This document shows, in pieces, positions 1-9,899 of a stretch of DNA of 64,000 nt; position 1 is the first letter of the stretch; each line of letters starts with the position of its first letter. Source of the stretch: Patescibacteria group bacterium (GTDB lineage Bacteria; Patescibacteriota; Minisyncoccia; Phycocordibacterales; UBA9973); the NCBI GenBank assembly GCA_028868715.1, contig JAGWUB010000002.1:145716-209715 (forward strand), written 5' to 3'. The position numbers and the translations under genes are program-made. The notes below the pieces were generated by a model. That model was not told the DNA's origin. It did no database searches and saw only the letters and a program-made list of their open reading frames with translations.

Positions 1-440
1 TGGATCTAATTGTAGTGGACTATCTACAGCTTATGACTACCTCCAAGAACTATGATTCTATGGTCAACCAAGTTACTGAAATCAGTAGATCCTTGAAAGG
101 GCTCGCTAAGGAACTAGATGTGCCGGTACTGGCTTTGTCCCAGCTTTCTCGAGCGGTAGAATCAAGAGGTGGCAAACCAAGACTTTCCGATCTTCGTGAT
201 TCTGGATCTATTGAACAAGACGCCGACGTCGTTATGTTTATCCATCGCGATGACAAGGGCAAGGAACAAATGGATAAGACAAACATCGCTGAAATTTTAA
301 TCGAAAAACACAGAAATGGACCGACTGGCAAAGTGGAGCTCTACTTTGATGAGAAAACCACAACTTTCCTAAATCTTGAAAAAAGTAATATAAGTGAATT
401 TTCTGCATCAAAAATAAGCGGAGATTTAGATGAATTTTAG
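1..440 (+). CDS. dnaB: Replicative DNA helicase DnaB, C-terminal fragment (5' end lies outside the window)
   Basis: Frame is open from the window edge. Contains DnaB C-terminal motifs [10 protein letters not shown], [23 protein letters not shown], [16 protein letters not shown] and [10 protein letters not shown]. Confidence 0.85.
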   Translation, partial: DLIVVDYLQLMTTSKNYDSMVNQVTEISRSLKGLAKELDVPVLALSQLSRAVESRGGKPRLSDLRDSGSIEQDADVVMFIHRDDKGKEQMDKTNIAEILIEKHRNGPTGKVELYFDEKTTTFLNLEKSNISEFSASKISGDLDEF

Positions 441-442
441 AG

Positions 443-1054
443 ATGGATATCATAGAAAAATTAACTGAAATTTTTAAAGAATTTCCCGGTATTGGAGAGC
501 GTCAAGCTAGGCGTTTTGTATATTTTTTAATGTCTCGAAACGGAAGTTATGCTGAAAATTTATCCAGTTTGATTTTAGATTTAAAAAAGGAAGTAGCGCA
601 GTGTAGAGACTGTTTTAGATTTTTTATTTTGGGTAAAAACAAAGAAAAATTGTGTGAAATATGCGCAAGTCCAAACATAGAAAACTCGGTTTTGATGATA
701 GTGGAAAAAGATTCTGATTTAGAGAGTGTCAACAAAAGTAGAGTCTATGGTGGTAAGTATTTTATTTTAGGCGGACTGGTACCTATCGTTGAAAAAAATA
801 CAAAGAGTCGAGTACGAATTGAAGAATTAAAGAAAAAAATCCCCAACCAAAAGGAATTGAAGGAAATAATTTTGGCGTTTTCTCTGAGCCCTCAGGGCGA
901 TCATACTGATCAATATGTACGCGAACAATTAAAAGAAGTTACAGAAAAGTTAAACATAAAAATTTCTTCCCTTGGCAAAGGACTCTCCACCGGCACTGAG
1001 CTCGAATATTCAGACAACGACACTCTGAAAAATGCCTTAAAAAATAGACAATAA
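443..1054 (+). CDS. recR: Recombination protein RecR
   Basis: N-terminal HhH (LPGIGERQARRFVYFL), a C4 zinc finger (CRDC...CEIC) and a Toprim region; about 200 aa, typical for RecR. Confidence 0.85.
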   Translation: MDIIEKLTEIFKEFPGIGERQARRFVYFLMSRNGSYAENLSSLILDLKKEVAQCRDCFRFFILGKNKEKLCEICASPNIENSVLMIVEKDSDLESVNKSRVYGGKYFILGGLVPIVEKNTKSRVRIEELKKKIPNQKELKEIILAFSLSPQGDHTDQYVREQLKEVTEKLNIKISSLGKGLSTGTELEYSDNDTLKNALKNRQ

Positions 1055-1084
1055 AAAAATCCTCATTTACGAGGATTTTTTTAT
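1055..1084. terminator. Bidirectional rho-independent terminator between recR (+) and rplU (-)
   Basis: Hairpin ATCCTC-ATTTAC-GAGGAT flanked by an A-run and a T-run. Confidence 0.6.
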
Positions 1085-1422
1085 TATTTTATAGAAGTAA
1101 CTTTAATTTTGAAAAATGGCTGACGGTGACCATTGCGGCGTAGGTAACGAGACTTTTGTTTATATTTTACAACCAAAATTTTTCTAGCTCGTCCGATTTC
1201 TAAAATTTCAGCATCTACTTTAGCGCCAGTAATATATGGCGTACCGATAGTCACATCTTTACCACTATCTACCAATAAGACTTTATCAAAGGAAAGCTTA
1301 TCCCCTTTTTTGTATTCGGTCTTTTTGGTGCTTTTTATTTTTTCAATAGAAACTACACTGCCTTTTGAGACTTTGTATTGTTTCCCGCCTGTTTGTATAA
1401 CTGCAAATTCCTCTTGTTTCAT
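1084..1422 (-). CDS. rplU: 50S ribosomal protein L21
   Basis: AVIQTGGKQYKV...GHRQPF motif. Start is placed at the internal Met (MKQEEF...), giving about 112 aa; the longer ORF-track start at 1485 would overlap the neighbouring gene. Confidence 0.85.
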   Translation of the reverse strand: MKQEEFAVIQTGGKQYKVSKGSVVSIEKIKSTKKTEYKKGDKLSFDKVLLVDSGKDVTIGTPYITGAKVDAEILEIGRARKILVVKYKQKSRYLRRNGHRQPFFKIKVTSIK

Positions 1423-1444
1423 ATGGCCCCATATTACACGATAT

Positions 1445-1473
1445 TTCACAAAAAGGCAAATTTTTGCTATAAT
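1445..1473 (+). promoter_or_regulatory. Sigma70-like promoter (TTCACA-17-TATAAT) predicting a leaderless AI-2E transcript
   Basis: -35 TTCACA at 1445-1450 and -10 TATAAT at 1468-1473. The predicted start site is 7 nt downstream and coincides with the ATG at 1480. Confidence 0.4.
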
Positions 1474-1479
1474 TTTCCT

Positions 1480-2511
1480 ATGCAAACAAAACCAATCGGT
1501 AAGTACTTTTTCTTCGGATTACTGCTAGCCACTCTAATTTTTACCTTTTTAATTTTTCTACCTTTTTGGGTGGTAATAGTGCTTGGAATATCTTTTTCCA
1601 TAGTTTTGTATCCAGTTTATGAGTGGTTAACTAAAAAGAAAATTCCGGCAACTTTAGCCTCACTAATAACTGTGATCCTGTTTGCTATATTATTATGTGG
1701 CCCAGTCTTGGGTGTCGGCGCTTTAGTATTTAATCAAAGTCAGGATGTGTATCAGAAAGTTCTAAATAGTAATTTAAGCACCGTACCATTTTTAGACAAG
1801 GTTAACACTAAAATAAATGATGTACTGCCTACTGGAGTAACTTTTAACATGAATCAAAAAGCAACGGATTTTATTTCTTATGTTTATAACCACATAGCCA
1901 ATATATTCAGCACCGCGATTTCTGCCTTCTTTTCATTTATATTAATGCTCTTAATCATTTTTTATCTATTAAAGGACGGCACAAAATGGAAAGAATCCAT
2001 CATGCAAATTAGCCCGCTCGGCGAGAAAAATAATGAAAAAATAATTTCTCGGCTGATTCTGTCGGTAAATGGGGTAATAAATGGGTCGCTTTTTATGGCA
2101 GTGGTGCAAGGTTTAATTCTAGGTATAGGACTTTGGATTTTCGGTATTCCAAATAGTGCCCTCTGGGGTGTGCTGGCGGCTGTTTTTTCTTTTATTCCAA
2201 TGCTTGGAGCTGTGGTCATCTCTGCTCCGGCTATTATTTTTCTTTTTATAAAAGGTGACACTGCTTCTGCTCTGGGCCTCACAGTTTGGGCATTTGTGGT
2301 AGTGGGATTGGTTGATAATTTCTTACGTCCGATTGTGGTGGGTAAAAAAATAGACGTACCACCTGTTTTGATTCTTTTGTCGGTATTGGGTGGAATATCT
2401 TTTCTGGGCCCAGTCGGTATTTTAGTGGGGCCACTAACCTTGAGCTTGTTGTACGCTCTTATTTCTATTTATAAAGATGAATTTGGTGAAGCTCCAGTAA
2501 TCGTAAAATAA
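1480..2511 (+). CDS. AI-2E family (PerM/YhhT-like) transporter
   Basis: Polytopic membrane protein with the conserved AI-2E C-terminal core (NGxxxGxLFMAVVQGLILGIGLWIFGIP...FSFIPMLGAVV). Start is set at the internal Met so the gene does not overlap rplU. Confidence 0.75.
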   Translation: MQTKPIGKYFFFGLLLATLIFTFLIFLPFWVVIVLGISFSIVLYPVYEWLTKKKIPATLASLITVILFAILLCGPVLGVGALVFNQSQDVYQKVLNSNLSTVPFLDKVNTKINDVLPTGVTFNMNQKATDFISYVYNHIANIFSTAISAFFSFILMLLIIFYLLKDGTKWKESIMQISPLGEKNNEKIISRLILSVNGVINGSLFMAVVQGLILGIGLWIFGIPNSALWGVLAAVFSFIPMLGAVVISAPAIIFLFIKGDTASALGLTVWAFVVVGLVDNFLRPIVVGKKIDVPPVLILLSVLGGISFLGPVGILVGPLTLSLLYALISIYKDEFGEAPVIVK

Positions 2512-2513
2512 AA

Positions 2514-3869
2514 ATGGCCTTAAAATTTTACAATACTCTTGGCAAAAAAATAGAAGATTTCGTTCCTATCAACAAGGATGAAGTTTCATTTTATAGTTGT
2601 GGACCGACGGTCTATAATTATCCGCATATTGGAAACTACCGAGCTTATATTTTTGCAGATACTCTAAAGAGGGTTTTGTCTTACAGCGGATATAAGGTCA
2701 AACATATAATGAATTTGACTGATATTGATGACAAGACTATTCGCGATTCACAAATAGCTGGAAAGTCCTTAAAAGAATTTACCGAATTTTATGCGGAAGA
2801 ATTTTTTAAGGATATAAAGTCTCTTAATATTTTACCTCCAATTAAATTTACCAAAGCTACCGACTACATCAATGAAATGGTGAGTATTACCGAAAAACTT
2901 TTAGAAAAAGGTTTGGCGTATAAAAGTGAAGATGGTTCGGTTTATTTTAATATAAAAAAATTCAAAGATTACGGCAAGCTCTCTGGACTCGTGTTGGCTG
3001 AGCAAAAAGAAAATGCTTCTGGACGAATAAAGTCCGATGAATATGAAAAAGAAAATGCGCAGGACTTTGCGCTTTGGAAAGCTTGGGATAGCCAAGATGG
3101 AGAAGTTTTCTGGGAGACCAGCCTCGGTAAGGGGCGCCCTGGTTGGCACATAGAGTGCTCGGCAATGTCTATCGCCAATCTAGGAGAACAGCTGGATCTC
3201 CACACTGGTGGAGTAGACAACATATTCCCCCATCATGAAAATGAAATAGCACAGTCGGAAGGAGCAACCAGTAAACATTTTGTAAATTACTGGATGCACA
3301 ATGAGTGGGTACTGGTAGACACAAAAAAAATGGCGAAGTCAGAGAAGAATTTCTACACTCTCCGAGATGTAATTGAAAAAGGTATTGACCCTATTGCCTA
3401 TCGATTTTGGCTTTTAATGGCCAGTTATCGTACAAAGGTAAACTTCACCTGGGAAGCCTTGGAGGGGGCGGAAATAGCCTTAAAACGCCTTTATAACCTA
3501 TATTTGGAGCTCGATACCGAAGTCGGACAGGTCAATCAGGAATACCAGCAAAAATTCAAAAATTTCGTCGAAAATGACTTGGATACTCCGCGGGCGTTAG
3601 TGGTCCTTTGGGATGTATTGAAAGATAAAAATTTATCTCCAGCCAATAAAAAAGCCACAGTACTGGATTTTGATAAAGTGCTCGGGCTTGGATTTGAAAA
3701 TTTGAAAGAAGATATAATTCCAGAAGAAGTTATGAAATTAGTTCACGAACGTGAACAAGCACGCAAAAATAAAGACTACACAAAATCAGACGAGCTTAGA
3801 GGTGAAATTAATTCTCTAGGTTATGAAGTAAAAGACTCTACTCTGGGCCAACAGGTTTATAAAATTTAA
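2514..3869 (+). CDS. cysS: Cysteinyl-tRNA synthetase
   Basis: HIGN (HIGH-type) motif, KMAKSEKN (KMSKS) motif and HIECSAM zinc site. Confidence 0.9.
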   Translation: MALKFYNTLGKKIEDFVPINKDEVSFYSCGPTVYNYPHIGNYRAYIFADTLKRVLSYSGYKVKHIMNLTDIDDKTIRDSQIAGKSLKEFTEFYAEEFFKDIKSLNILPPIKFTKATDYINEMVSITEKLLEKGLAYKSEDGSVYFNIKKFKDYGKLSGLVLAEQKENASGRIKSDEYEKENAQDFALWKAWDSQDGEVFWETSLGKGRPGWHIECSAMSIANLGEQLDLHTGGVDNIFPHHENEIAQSEGATSKHFVNYWMHNEWVLVDTKKMAKSEKNFYTLRDVIEKGIDPIAYRFWLLMASYRTKVNFTWEALEGAEIALKRLYNLYLELDTEVGQVNQEYQQKFKNFVENDLDTPRALVVLWDVLKDKNLSPANKKATVLDFDKVLGLGFENLKEDIIPEEVMKLVHEREQARKNKDYTKSDELRGEINSLGYEVKDSTLGQQVYKI

Positions 3870-3871
3870 TT

Positions 3872-4729
3872 TTATTTTCTAAATTTATACCCGATGAGTT
3901 TGAAGGCTAGTTTAGCTACAAGAAAATCATAACCATGAAAGCCAGGGGTTGGTATCGGCGCACATTCAGCGATATCGGCGCCAACGACATTTTTCTCTCT
4001 CGTGACTGCTTCAAATATTTCCATCGCTTGATACCAAGAAATTCCTCCGGGTTCAGGGGTGCCAGTCGCCGGCATGGTAGACACATCAAAACAATCCACA
4101 TCAAAAGAAATGTAAACGTTGTCGGAAAGCTGACTCAAGATTTTTTTAAGATCATAAGTGTTGCCATAATTTACTTGATCTGTATTTATATACTGTTGTT
4201 CACCAAGTGATGTATTCCTAGTCCCCACCCAGACAATATTTTTTATGCCATGATCATCCTGACAACGTCGGGCTGCGCAAGCATGAGACCATTTAGTTCC
4301 ATCCCACTCCTCACGCATATCGGTATGGGCGTCAAAATATAAAATGGACAAATCGGGATATTTTTTTTGATACTCACCCACCAAGGCCGGAGTTATGGAA
4401 TGTTCTCCACCCAGACTTAAAATGAATTTATCTGTAAAAGGCAAAGCAGTTTTAGCAATTATGGCCTGAGCTTTTTCTGCATCTTGCTCCGTAAACTCAA
4501 TTGCAGGCAAAGTGGCTATTTTGACTTTGTCATTTACTTCGTAGCTAAGCTCATGATCATATAGCTCCACTTGTTGTGAAGCTTTGATGATTGCAGCTGG
4601 TCCCTTACCGGTGCCACGTCCGTAGCTGACAGTAGCCTCTAGCGGTATGGGTAATATAAAAACTTCGGCATCTTCATATCCCACTTCATCTATTCCTAAA
4701 AAATTATTTGGTGTATCCTTTTCTTGCAT
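3872..4729 (-). CDS. Arginase/agmatinase family ureohydrolase
   Basis: LSLGGEHSIT, DAHTDMREEW and SFDVDCFDVS motifs typical of the arginase fold. Confidence 0.75.
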   Translation of the reverse strand: MQEKDTPNNFLGIDEVGYEDAEVFILPIPLEATVSYGRGTGKGPAAIIKASQQVELYDHELSYEVNDKVKIATLPAIEFTEQDAEKAQAIIAKTALPFTDKFILSLGGEHSITPALVGEYQKKYPDLSILYFDAHTDMREEWDGTKWSHACAARRCQDDHGIKNIVWVGTRNTSLGEQQYINTDQVNYGNTYDLKKILSQLSDNVYISFDVDCFDVSTMPATGTPEPGGISWYQAMEIFEAVTREKNVVGADIAECAPIPTPGFHGYDFLVAKLAFKLIGYKFRK

Positions 4730-4730
4730 A

Positions 4731-5321
4731 TTACTTAGTATACCAAAATATAATCTTTTTGCGATAAATAAAAATTATCAAAATCAGGTTTAATATTATG
4801 AAATAAAAACCCGAGAAATAGATTGGGAATGACCATATTTTTATAATTGCTAATCCTAAGGCGTTGGCGATAATTCCTCCTAAGTAAGCAGAAGCGGTTT
4901 CAGTTTCTGGATACTTCCAAGACTTTATAATAGTTGGTATTGCGGCTAAGGCATCACTCAATATTGCAAAAAATATAGAGATTGAAAAACTATGCGTGAT
5001 AATCCATAAAAACATAGATACTAATGCAAAAAAACCACAAACGATGTCTAGTTTAGTAATTTTCCAATAACCATTTTTTATCAAAAAAGAGGCGATAAGT
5101 ACTAAAACAGGATTGAATCCGGCCATAAATACTGGAAGTATAGAAAGTCCAGCACCAGCTTTCAGCGCCAACCATGTCGCGATAAGTGGAGCCAACGCCC
5201 AGATAAACCACGTAACTCTATTTGGCCTCGTGGTTCCAAAAACCATAGCTCGAATATAAAAAAATACTCCAATGAGTTGGATAAAAACAATCGCAACTGC
5301 AATTATTTGTTCTATCGTCAT
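4731..5321 (-). CDS. Hypothetical polytopic membrane protein
   Basis: Long ORF tightly packed after the agmatinase gene, with about six hydrophobic helices; no recognisable family. Confidence 0.4.
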   Translation of the reverse strand: MTIEQIIAVAIVFIQLIGVFFYIRAMVFGTTRPNRVTWFIWALAPLIATWLALKAGAGLSILPVFMAGFNPVLVLIASFLIKNGYWKITKLDIVCGFFALVSMFLWIITHSFSISIFFAILSDALAAIPTIIKSWKYPETETASAYLGGIIANALGLAIIKIWSFPIYFSGFYFIILNLILIIFIYRKKIIFWYTK

Positions 5322-5322
5322 T

Positions 5323-6414
5323 TTATATTCCCTCTTTTTTGAGTTCTTCTATGAGTTCGCGAGATTTGCGAGAAATTTTTGAAGGAAGTTTTATATTTAA
5401 TTTAATTAACAAATCTCCCCTTTTGTTTTTTCCAGCCGGAACACCTTTGCCTCGCACTCGCAGAATTTCATTTATGGAAACACCTTCAGGTATAGTAACT
5501 TCTATTTTCCCATCAAGGGTCTCTATGGGATATTTCATTCCAAGTAAAGCGTCTGAGAGTTTTAAATTTAAATCCATCACTAAATCATTGCCCTCGCGCT
5601 TAAACATCGCGTGAGGCGCTACATTTATTTTAATATAAAGATCTCCCGAAGTTCCTTTAGACATAGCTTCCCCCATTCCGGTCATCCTGATCATCTCCCC
5701 GTCACGTATACCTGCTGGGATAACGATTGAGATTTCTTCTTCACGGCGCAGTACGCCTTTCCCTTTACAGGTTTCGCATCTTTCTTTTGGAACCTCTCCC
5801 GAGCCATAACAAGTCTCACATACTTTTGTACTAGAAATAGTGCCGAGGAATGATCTCTTGGTCTCATGAATTTTTCCTTGACCGTTGCAAGTCTTACAAG
5901 TTTCCATTTTCGTACCAGCTTTGGCGCCAGAACCCTTACAGACGAGGCAACTAGAAGTTTTCGTAATTAAAATTTTTCTATTTGTCCCAAAAACAGAATC
6001 AGAAAAAGAAATTTGAATTTCGGTTGAAATATCTCTTCCTCGTCGCGCTTGCGCTCTGCCACCGCCACCAAAGAAATCACTAAAGATATCATTTAAATTT
6101 CCAAAATCAAAATCTGCAGAACCACCTTGAAAACCACCTGCGAAATTTGAGAAATCAAAGCCCTCAAAGCCTCCAGCACCCTGCCCGTGGGCCTGACTCA
6201 TATTTTCATATTGTGAGCCAAATTGGTCATATTTAGAGCGTTTAGTGTCATCTGACAGCACTTGATAGGCCTCATTTACTTGCTTAAATTTAGCTTCGTT
6301 TCCCTCTTTTTTATCAGGGTGATATTTGTGCGCCAACTTGTAAAAAGCCTTCTTGATTTCTTCCTTGGAAGCGTTCTTTTTTACTCCTAATGTTTCGTAA
6401 TAATCTTTACTCAT
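5323..6414 (-). CDS. dnaJ: Chaperone DnaJ
   Basis: J-domain (YYETLGV...HPDK), Gly/Phe-rich linker and four CxxCxGxG zinc repeats. Confidence 0.9.
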   Translation of the reverse strand: MSKDYYETLGVKKNASKEEIKKAFYKLAHKYHPDKKEGNEAKFKQVNEAYQVLSDDTKRSKYDQFGSQYENMSQAHGQGAGGFEGFDFSNFAGGFQGGSADFDFGNLNDIFSDFFGGGGRAQARRGRDISTEIQISFSDSVFGTNRKILITKTSSCLVCKGSGAKAGTKMETCKTCNGQGKIHETKRSFLGTISSTKVCETCYGSGEVPKERCETCKGKGVLRREEEISIVIPAGIRDGEMIRMTGMGEAMSKGTSGDLYIKINVAPHAMFKREGNDLVMDLNLKLSDALLGMKYPIETLDGKIEVTIPEGVSINEILRVRGKGVPAGKNKRGDLLIKLNIKLPSKISRKSRELIEELKKEGI

Positions 6415-6462
6415 GGTTGTATTATACTTATAAGTCTGAGGTGGTCAAGAAAAATTAATTTT

Positions 6463-7899
6463 CTAGATCATGGGTTCTGGTTCTTGCGAGTTTGTTGCCT
6501 TACCTTCGATTATTTTCTTTTCTTCAACGCTGCGAATAATCGTCGCTTCTTCTTCGGCAATGAGTTTGGCCGCATCATCTTTTGATATTGCATATTTTCT
6601 GCGAGAGGCCGCGATTATTTCATCCCTATATGAAGGATGTGTTGCTGGAAGAACTCGAAGGGTTTCGGCAGAAAATGGGTCGTAGGATTCTCCATCAATG
6701 GTCATTTTTATATAAAACTCTCCAATGGCTAAATTGATCATATCTTTCACGTCAAAGATTGGTGCAAACTCTGGTTTGAGCTTAACTGCGTCCTCCCCGC
6801 CGACGCGAAAGCAAATCAAGGCTCCAGTATTTCCCAGTACTGCCTGCTGAACCTTGGGCATAAGCTGACCGACGTATTGATGAGCGATAGTTAAATTGAG
6901 TCCGTATTTTCGAGCCTCAGATAAAATATTTTCGAAGGTTTGAGTTACGATATTCTGAAACTCATCTATATATAAGTAAAAATCTACTCTATCTTTTTCA
7001 GGAATACTAGCGCGCTCCATTCCAGCTTGTTTTATTTTGGTCAAAAACATTGAACCTAAAAAACTAGAATTTTCTTCGCCAAGGCGACCCTTGGAAAGAT
7101 TAATTAAAATAATTTTTCCCTCATTCATTAGTTTACTGATATCTATTTTGTTTTGTTTTTGGCCGAAAATATTACGCAGCGATGGATCCGAAAGAAATTG
7201 TCCGAGTTTATTCACTAGTGGAATGATAGCGTCAGTATCAAATTTTTCAGACCAGTCAGCAAATTCAATTGCAAAGAATCTTTTCACCATATCGTCGGTA
7301 ATATACTCTACGACTTTCTGGCGATAATTTCTGTCAGTCAACATTGAAATCATTCCGCGCATAGTAGCGTGAGGATAATCGAGCAATGCTAAACAGGTAA
7401 AGCGAAAGACGTGCTCAAGTCTTGGAGTCCAGTTGGCTCCAAACTGTTTCTGGAAAACTTCAATGAGTCCTTGAGTCAATTGAAACTTAAACAATGGATC
7501 AACGTTTGCCAGCGGATTAAAGGATGCGGGAAAGTCGACATCTGTAGGGTCTATGATACAAACATCTTCAATTCGCTCGCGAGGTATATAGTCGAGCATG
7601 GCATCAATCACATCTCCGTGCGGGTCAATCAAACATAGTCCGTGATTGTAAGACACATCTTGTCTTAAAAACAATTCCATCAGCTTTGTCTTGCCGACAC
7701 CTGACTTCCCAACTATATAAAGATGGCGTCTTCTATCTACCCTCTTGATACCAAAAACGAACTTCTTTTCTTCCAGCGAAGCCACATAATTTGTGCGTCC
7801 AATAAAAGAAACCTCTTCGGGATTAACTTTTCCAAAGACTGGTAATTCTGGTGGAGGCGGAGCATATTTAATTATTTGTACTCGATTTCCCTTAGGCAT
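6463..7899 (-). CDS. VirD4/TrwB-like (T4SS coupling-protein family, AAA_10/TraG-D_C type) cytoplasmic ATPase, paralog 1
   Basis: RRRHLYIVGKSGVGKT Walker A, LYIDEFQN Walker B, SEARKYGLNLTIAHQ motif; no transmembrane segments. Confidence 0.65.
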   Translation of the reverse strand: MPKGNRVQIIKYAPPPPELPVFGKVNPEEVSFIGRTNYVASLEEKKFVFGIKRVDRRRHLYIVGKSGVGKTKLMELFLRQDVSYNHGLCLIDPHGDVIDAMLDYIPRERIEDVCIIDPTDVDFPASFNPLANVDPLFKFQLTQGLIEVFQKQFGANWTPRLEHVFRFTCLALLDYPHATMRGMISMLTDRNYRQKVVEYITDDMVKRFFAIEFADWSEKFDTDAIIPLVNKLGQFLSDPSLRNIFGQKQNKIDISKLMNEGKIILINLSKGRLGEENSSFLGSMFLTKIKQAGMERASIPEKDRVDFYLYIDEFQNIVTQTFENILSEARKYGLNLTIAHQYVGQLMPKVQQAVLGNTGALICFRVGGEDAVKLKPEFAPIFDVKDMINLAIGEFYIKMTIDGESYDPFSAETLRVLPATHPSYRDEIIAASRRKYAISKDDAAKLIAEEEATIIRSVEEKKIIEGKATNSQEPEPMI

Positions 7900-7905
7900 A
7901 ATATT

Positions 7906-9846
7906 TTATTCTTCTAAAATTTTCCGTAACACGTCTTCGGGAACTTCTTTGATGTTGCCTTTTGTTAATGGTGGTTCAGCAACTTTTTTATCTATTAAAT
8001 TTTTTAATTTATCCATATCTTCAGCACTCGCAGCCTTATCTTTCTTTGGAGTAATATCCTTCATTTTGTTTTTTAGTGAGTCGAGTGATACAGGGGCTGG
8101 CGCTTTTTCAGGCATTTTGTGCTGTAATACAGTTTCCTTAACCTCTGGTGCTGAAAATACTTTTTTTAACGCCTCCTTCAATCCAAAATTTTCTTTACTA
8201 ACAGGTTTAGGCACATTAGAGTTATGCATAGGTCTTTCAGGGTATGTATCAGCTTCCTCTGGTCCTCCATTTTTTTGTTTAAATTCTATACCTAGATCAG
8301 CTAATGGTTTAAAAAATTTTGTCTCATCTTGTTTAATTTGGTTGATTGATCCTTTGATTGGTTTTATTTCTCCGGATTTTATTTTCGCTATACAGTCTTT
8401 GCAATAAACTGGCCTTCCGGGTTCGGGTTTGAAAGGCACTGTGGTTTCTTTTTTACAAGAAGAACAAACTGCAGGAAATTTTCCCACACTGCCACCGCCG
8501 GTATCGGCATCACCAAGCGACATCCCGCTCCAATTATTTATTTCTCGTTCTACATCTTCCTTGGAGCGACAGTATAATTCACGTGAAGACTTTATGACAG
8601 CATCTTCAATTTCTTTATTTCCAGACTTTACCATCTGTGGTAGGGTTTTGGCTGAAAAAGGACGTGAAGTGACACCATCAATCATTAATTTTAAATAAAT
8701 TTTATAGTTTGGTAAATTGACTATATCCTGCGGGGTAAATTCTGGGTCAAATTCTTTTTCCAAAAATTCTGCATCATCCGAACCTACGCGAAAAATTATC
8801 ATTGTACCGACGTTGCCAAAGACTGCATCCCTCACCGCTGTACTTTTTTCAGAAACAAGCTGAGCGGTATATTGATGAGCAACGGTAAGGTTGAGTCTAT
8901 ACTTTCTAGCTTCCGACAAGATACCAGCGAAAGCGTCTGTCACAAAGTTTTGAAACTCATCAACATATAAGTAGAAATCTTTACGGTCATCTTCGGGTAT
9001 ACGAACACGTTCCATGGCAGCTAGCTGAATCTTTGTAATTATCATGCCACCCAAGAGTGCGGAGTTGTCTTCACCAATGCGTCCTTTGGAAACATTCACT
9101 AGGAAAATTTTTCCTTCGTTCATCATATTAAAAATGTTTATGGTGCTTTTCTGCTGACCGACAACATTTCTGATAATTGAAGTGGAGAGAAATTGTCCGA
9201 CTTTATTTTGAATCGGAGCAATAGCTTCATTTCTAAATTTATCTTGCCAAGCTTCATATTCGTGTACCCAAAAAGCCTTGATAACGGGATCCTTTAAGTT
9301 TGCAATTATTTTCTGGCGATAATCTTTGTCCACCAACATTCTAGGAATTCCAAGCATGGTGGAGCCCGGAGTATCAAGGAGCGCCAAAATCGTATTGTTT
9401 AAAATATATTCCATTCGGGCACTCCAAGCATTCGCCCAAATTTTGGTAAAAATTCCCATGAGTCCAGAAGCCACCAAATGTTTATATTGCGGATCCACGA
9501 GCTCAAGTACGTTAAATCCTATGTGATGATCGGCGTCGGCAGGATTAAAATAAATTACATCTTTTACTCGATGTGGTGGAATAGCTGACAAAACTGCTTC
9601 GACATTTTCTCCATGAGGATCAACCATACATACTCCGTCACCGTTCTGGATATTTTGGATAATCATATTAAACATCAGCACCGATTTACCAGTACCAGAC
9701 TTTCCGAGAATATAAACATGCTGACGCCTGTCTTTGCGCTTGATGCCAAAGAGCTGATTTTTGTCTCGATAAGTAGTGATTCCGAGATAAGTGAGCTCTC
9801 TATTAAAGGGTATTTCTGAAATTTCCATATGCCTCAATTGTAGCAA
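7906..9846 (-). CDS. VirD4/TrwB-like ATPase, paralog 2, with a C-terminal CxxC-x17-CxxC zinc ribbon and a long disordered Lys/Pro/Glu-rich tail
   Basis: RRQHVYILGKSGTGKS, LYVDEFQNF, SEARKYRLNLTVAHQ; C-terminal CSSCKKETTVPFKPEPGRPVYCKDC. Lies immediately next to paralog 1 on the same strand. Confidence 0.65.
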   Translation of the reverse strand: MLQLRHMEISEIPFNRELTYLGITTYRDKNQLFGIKRKDRRQHVYILGKSGTGKSVLMFNMIIQNIQNGDGVCMVDPHGENVEAVLSAIPPHRVKDVIYFNPADADHHIGFNVLELVDPQYKHLVASGLMGIFTKIWANAWSARMEYILNNTILALLDTPGSTMLGIPRMLVDKDYRQKIIANLKDPVIKAFWVHEYEAWQDKFRNEAIAPIQNKVGQFLSTSIIRNVVGQQKSTINIFNMMNEGKIFLVNVSKGRIGEDNSALLGGMIITKIQLAAMERVRIPEDDRKDFYLYVDEFQNFVTDAFAGILSEARKYRLNLTVAHQYTAQLVSEKSTAVRDAVFGNVGTMIIFRVGSDDAEFLEKEFDPEFTPQDIVNLPNYKIYLKLMIDGVTSRPFSAKTLPQMVKSGNKEIEDAVIKSSRELYCRSKEDVEREINNWSGMSLGDADTGGGSVGKFPAVCSSCKKETTVPFKPEPGRPVYCKDCIAKIKSGEIKPIKGSINQIKQDETKFFKPLADLGIEFKQKNGGPEEADTYPERPMHNSNVPKPVSKENFGLKEALKKVFSAPEVKETVLQHKMPEKAPAPVSLDSLKNKMKDITPKKDKAASAEDMDKLKNLIDKKVAEPPLTKGNIKEVPEDVLRKILEE

Positions 9847-9899
9847 AAAAGAACCAAACTAAAAAGCCCCCAATCTGATAATAGAGGGCTTTTTAGAGA

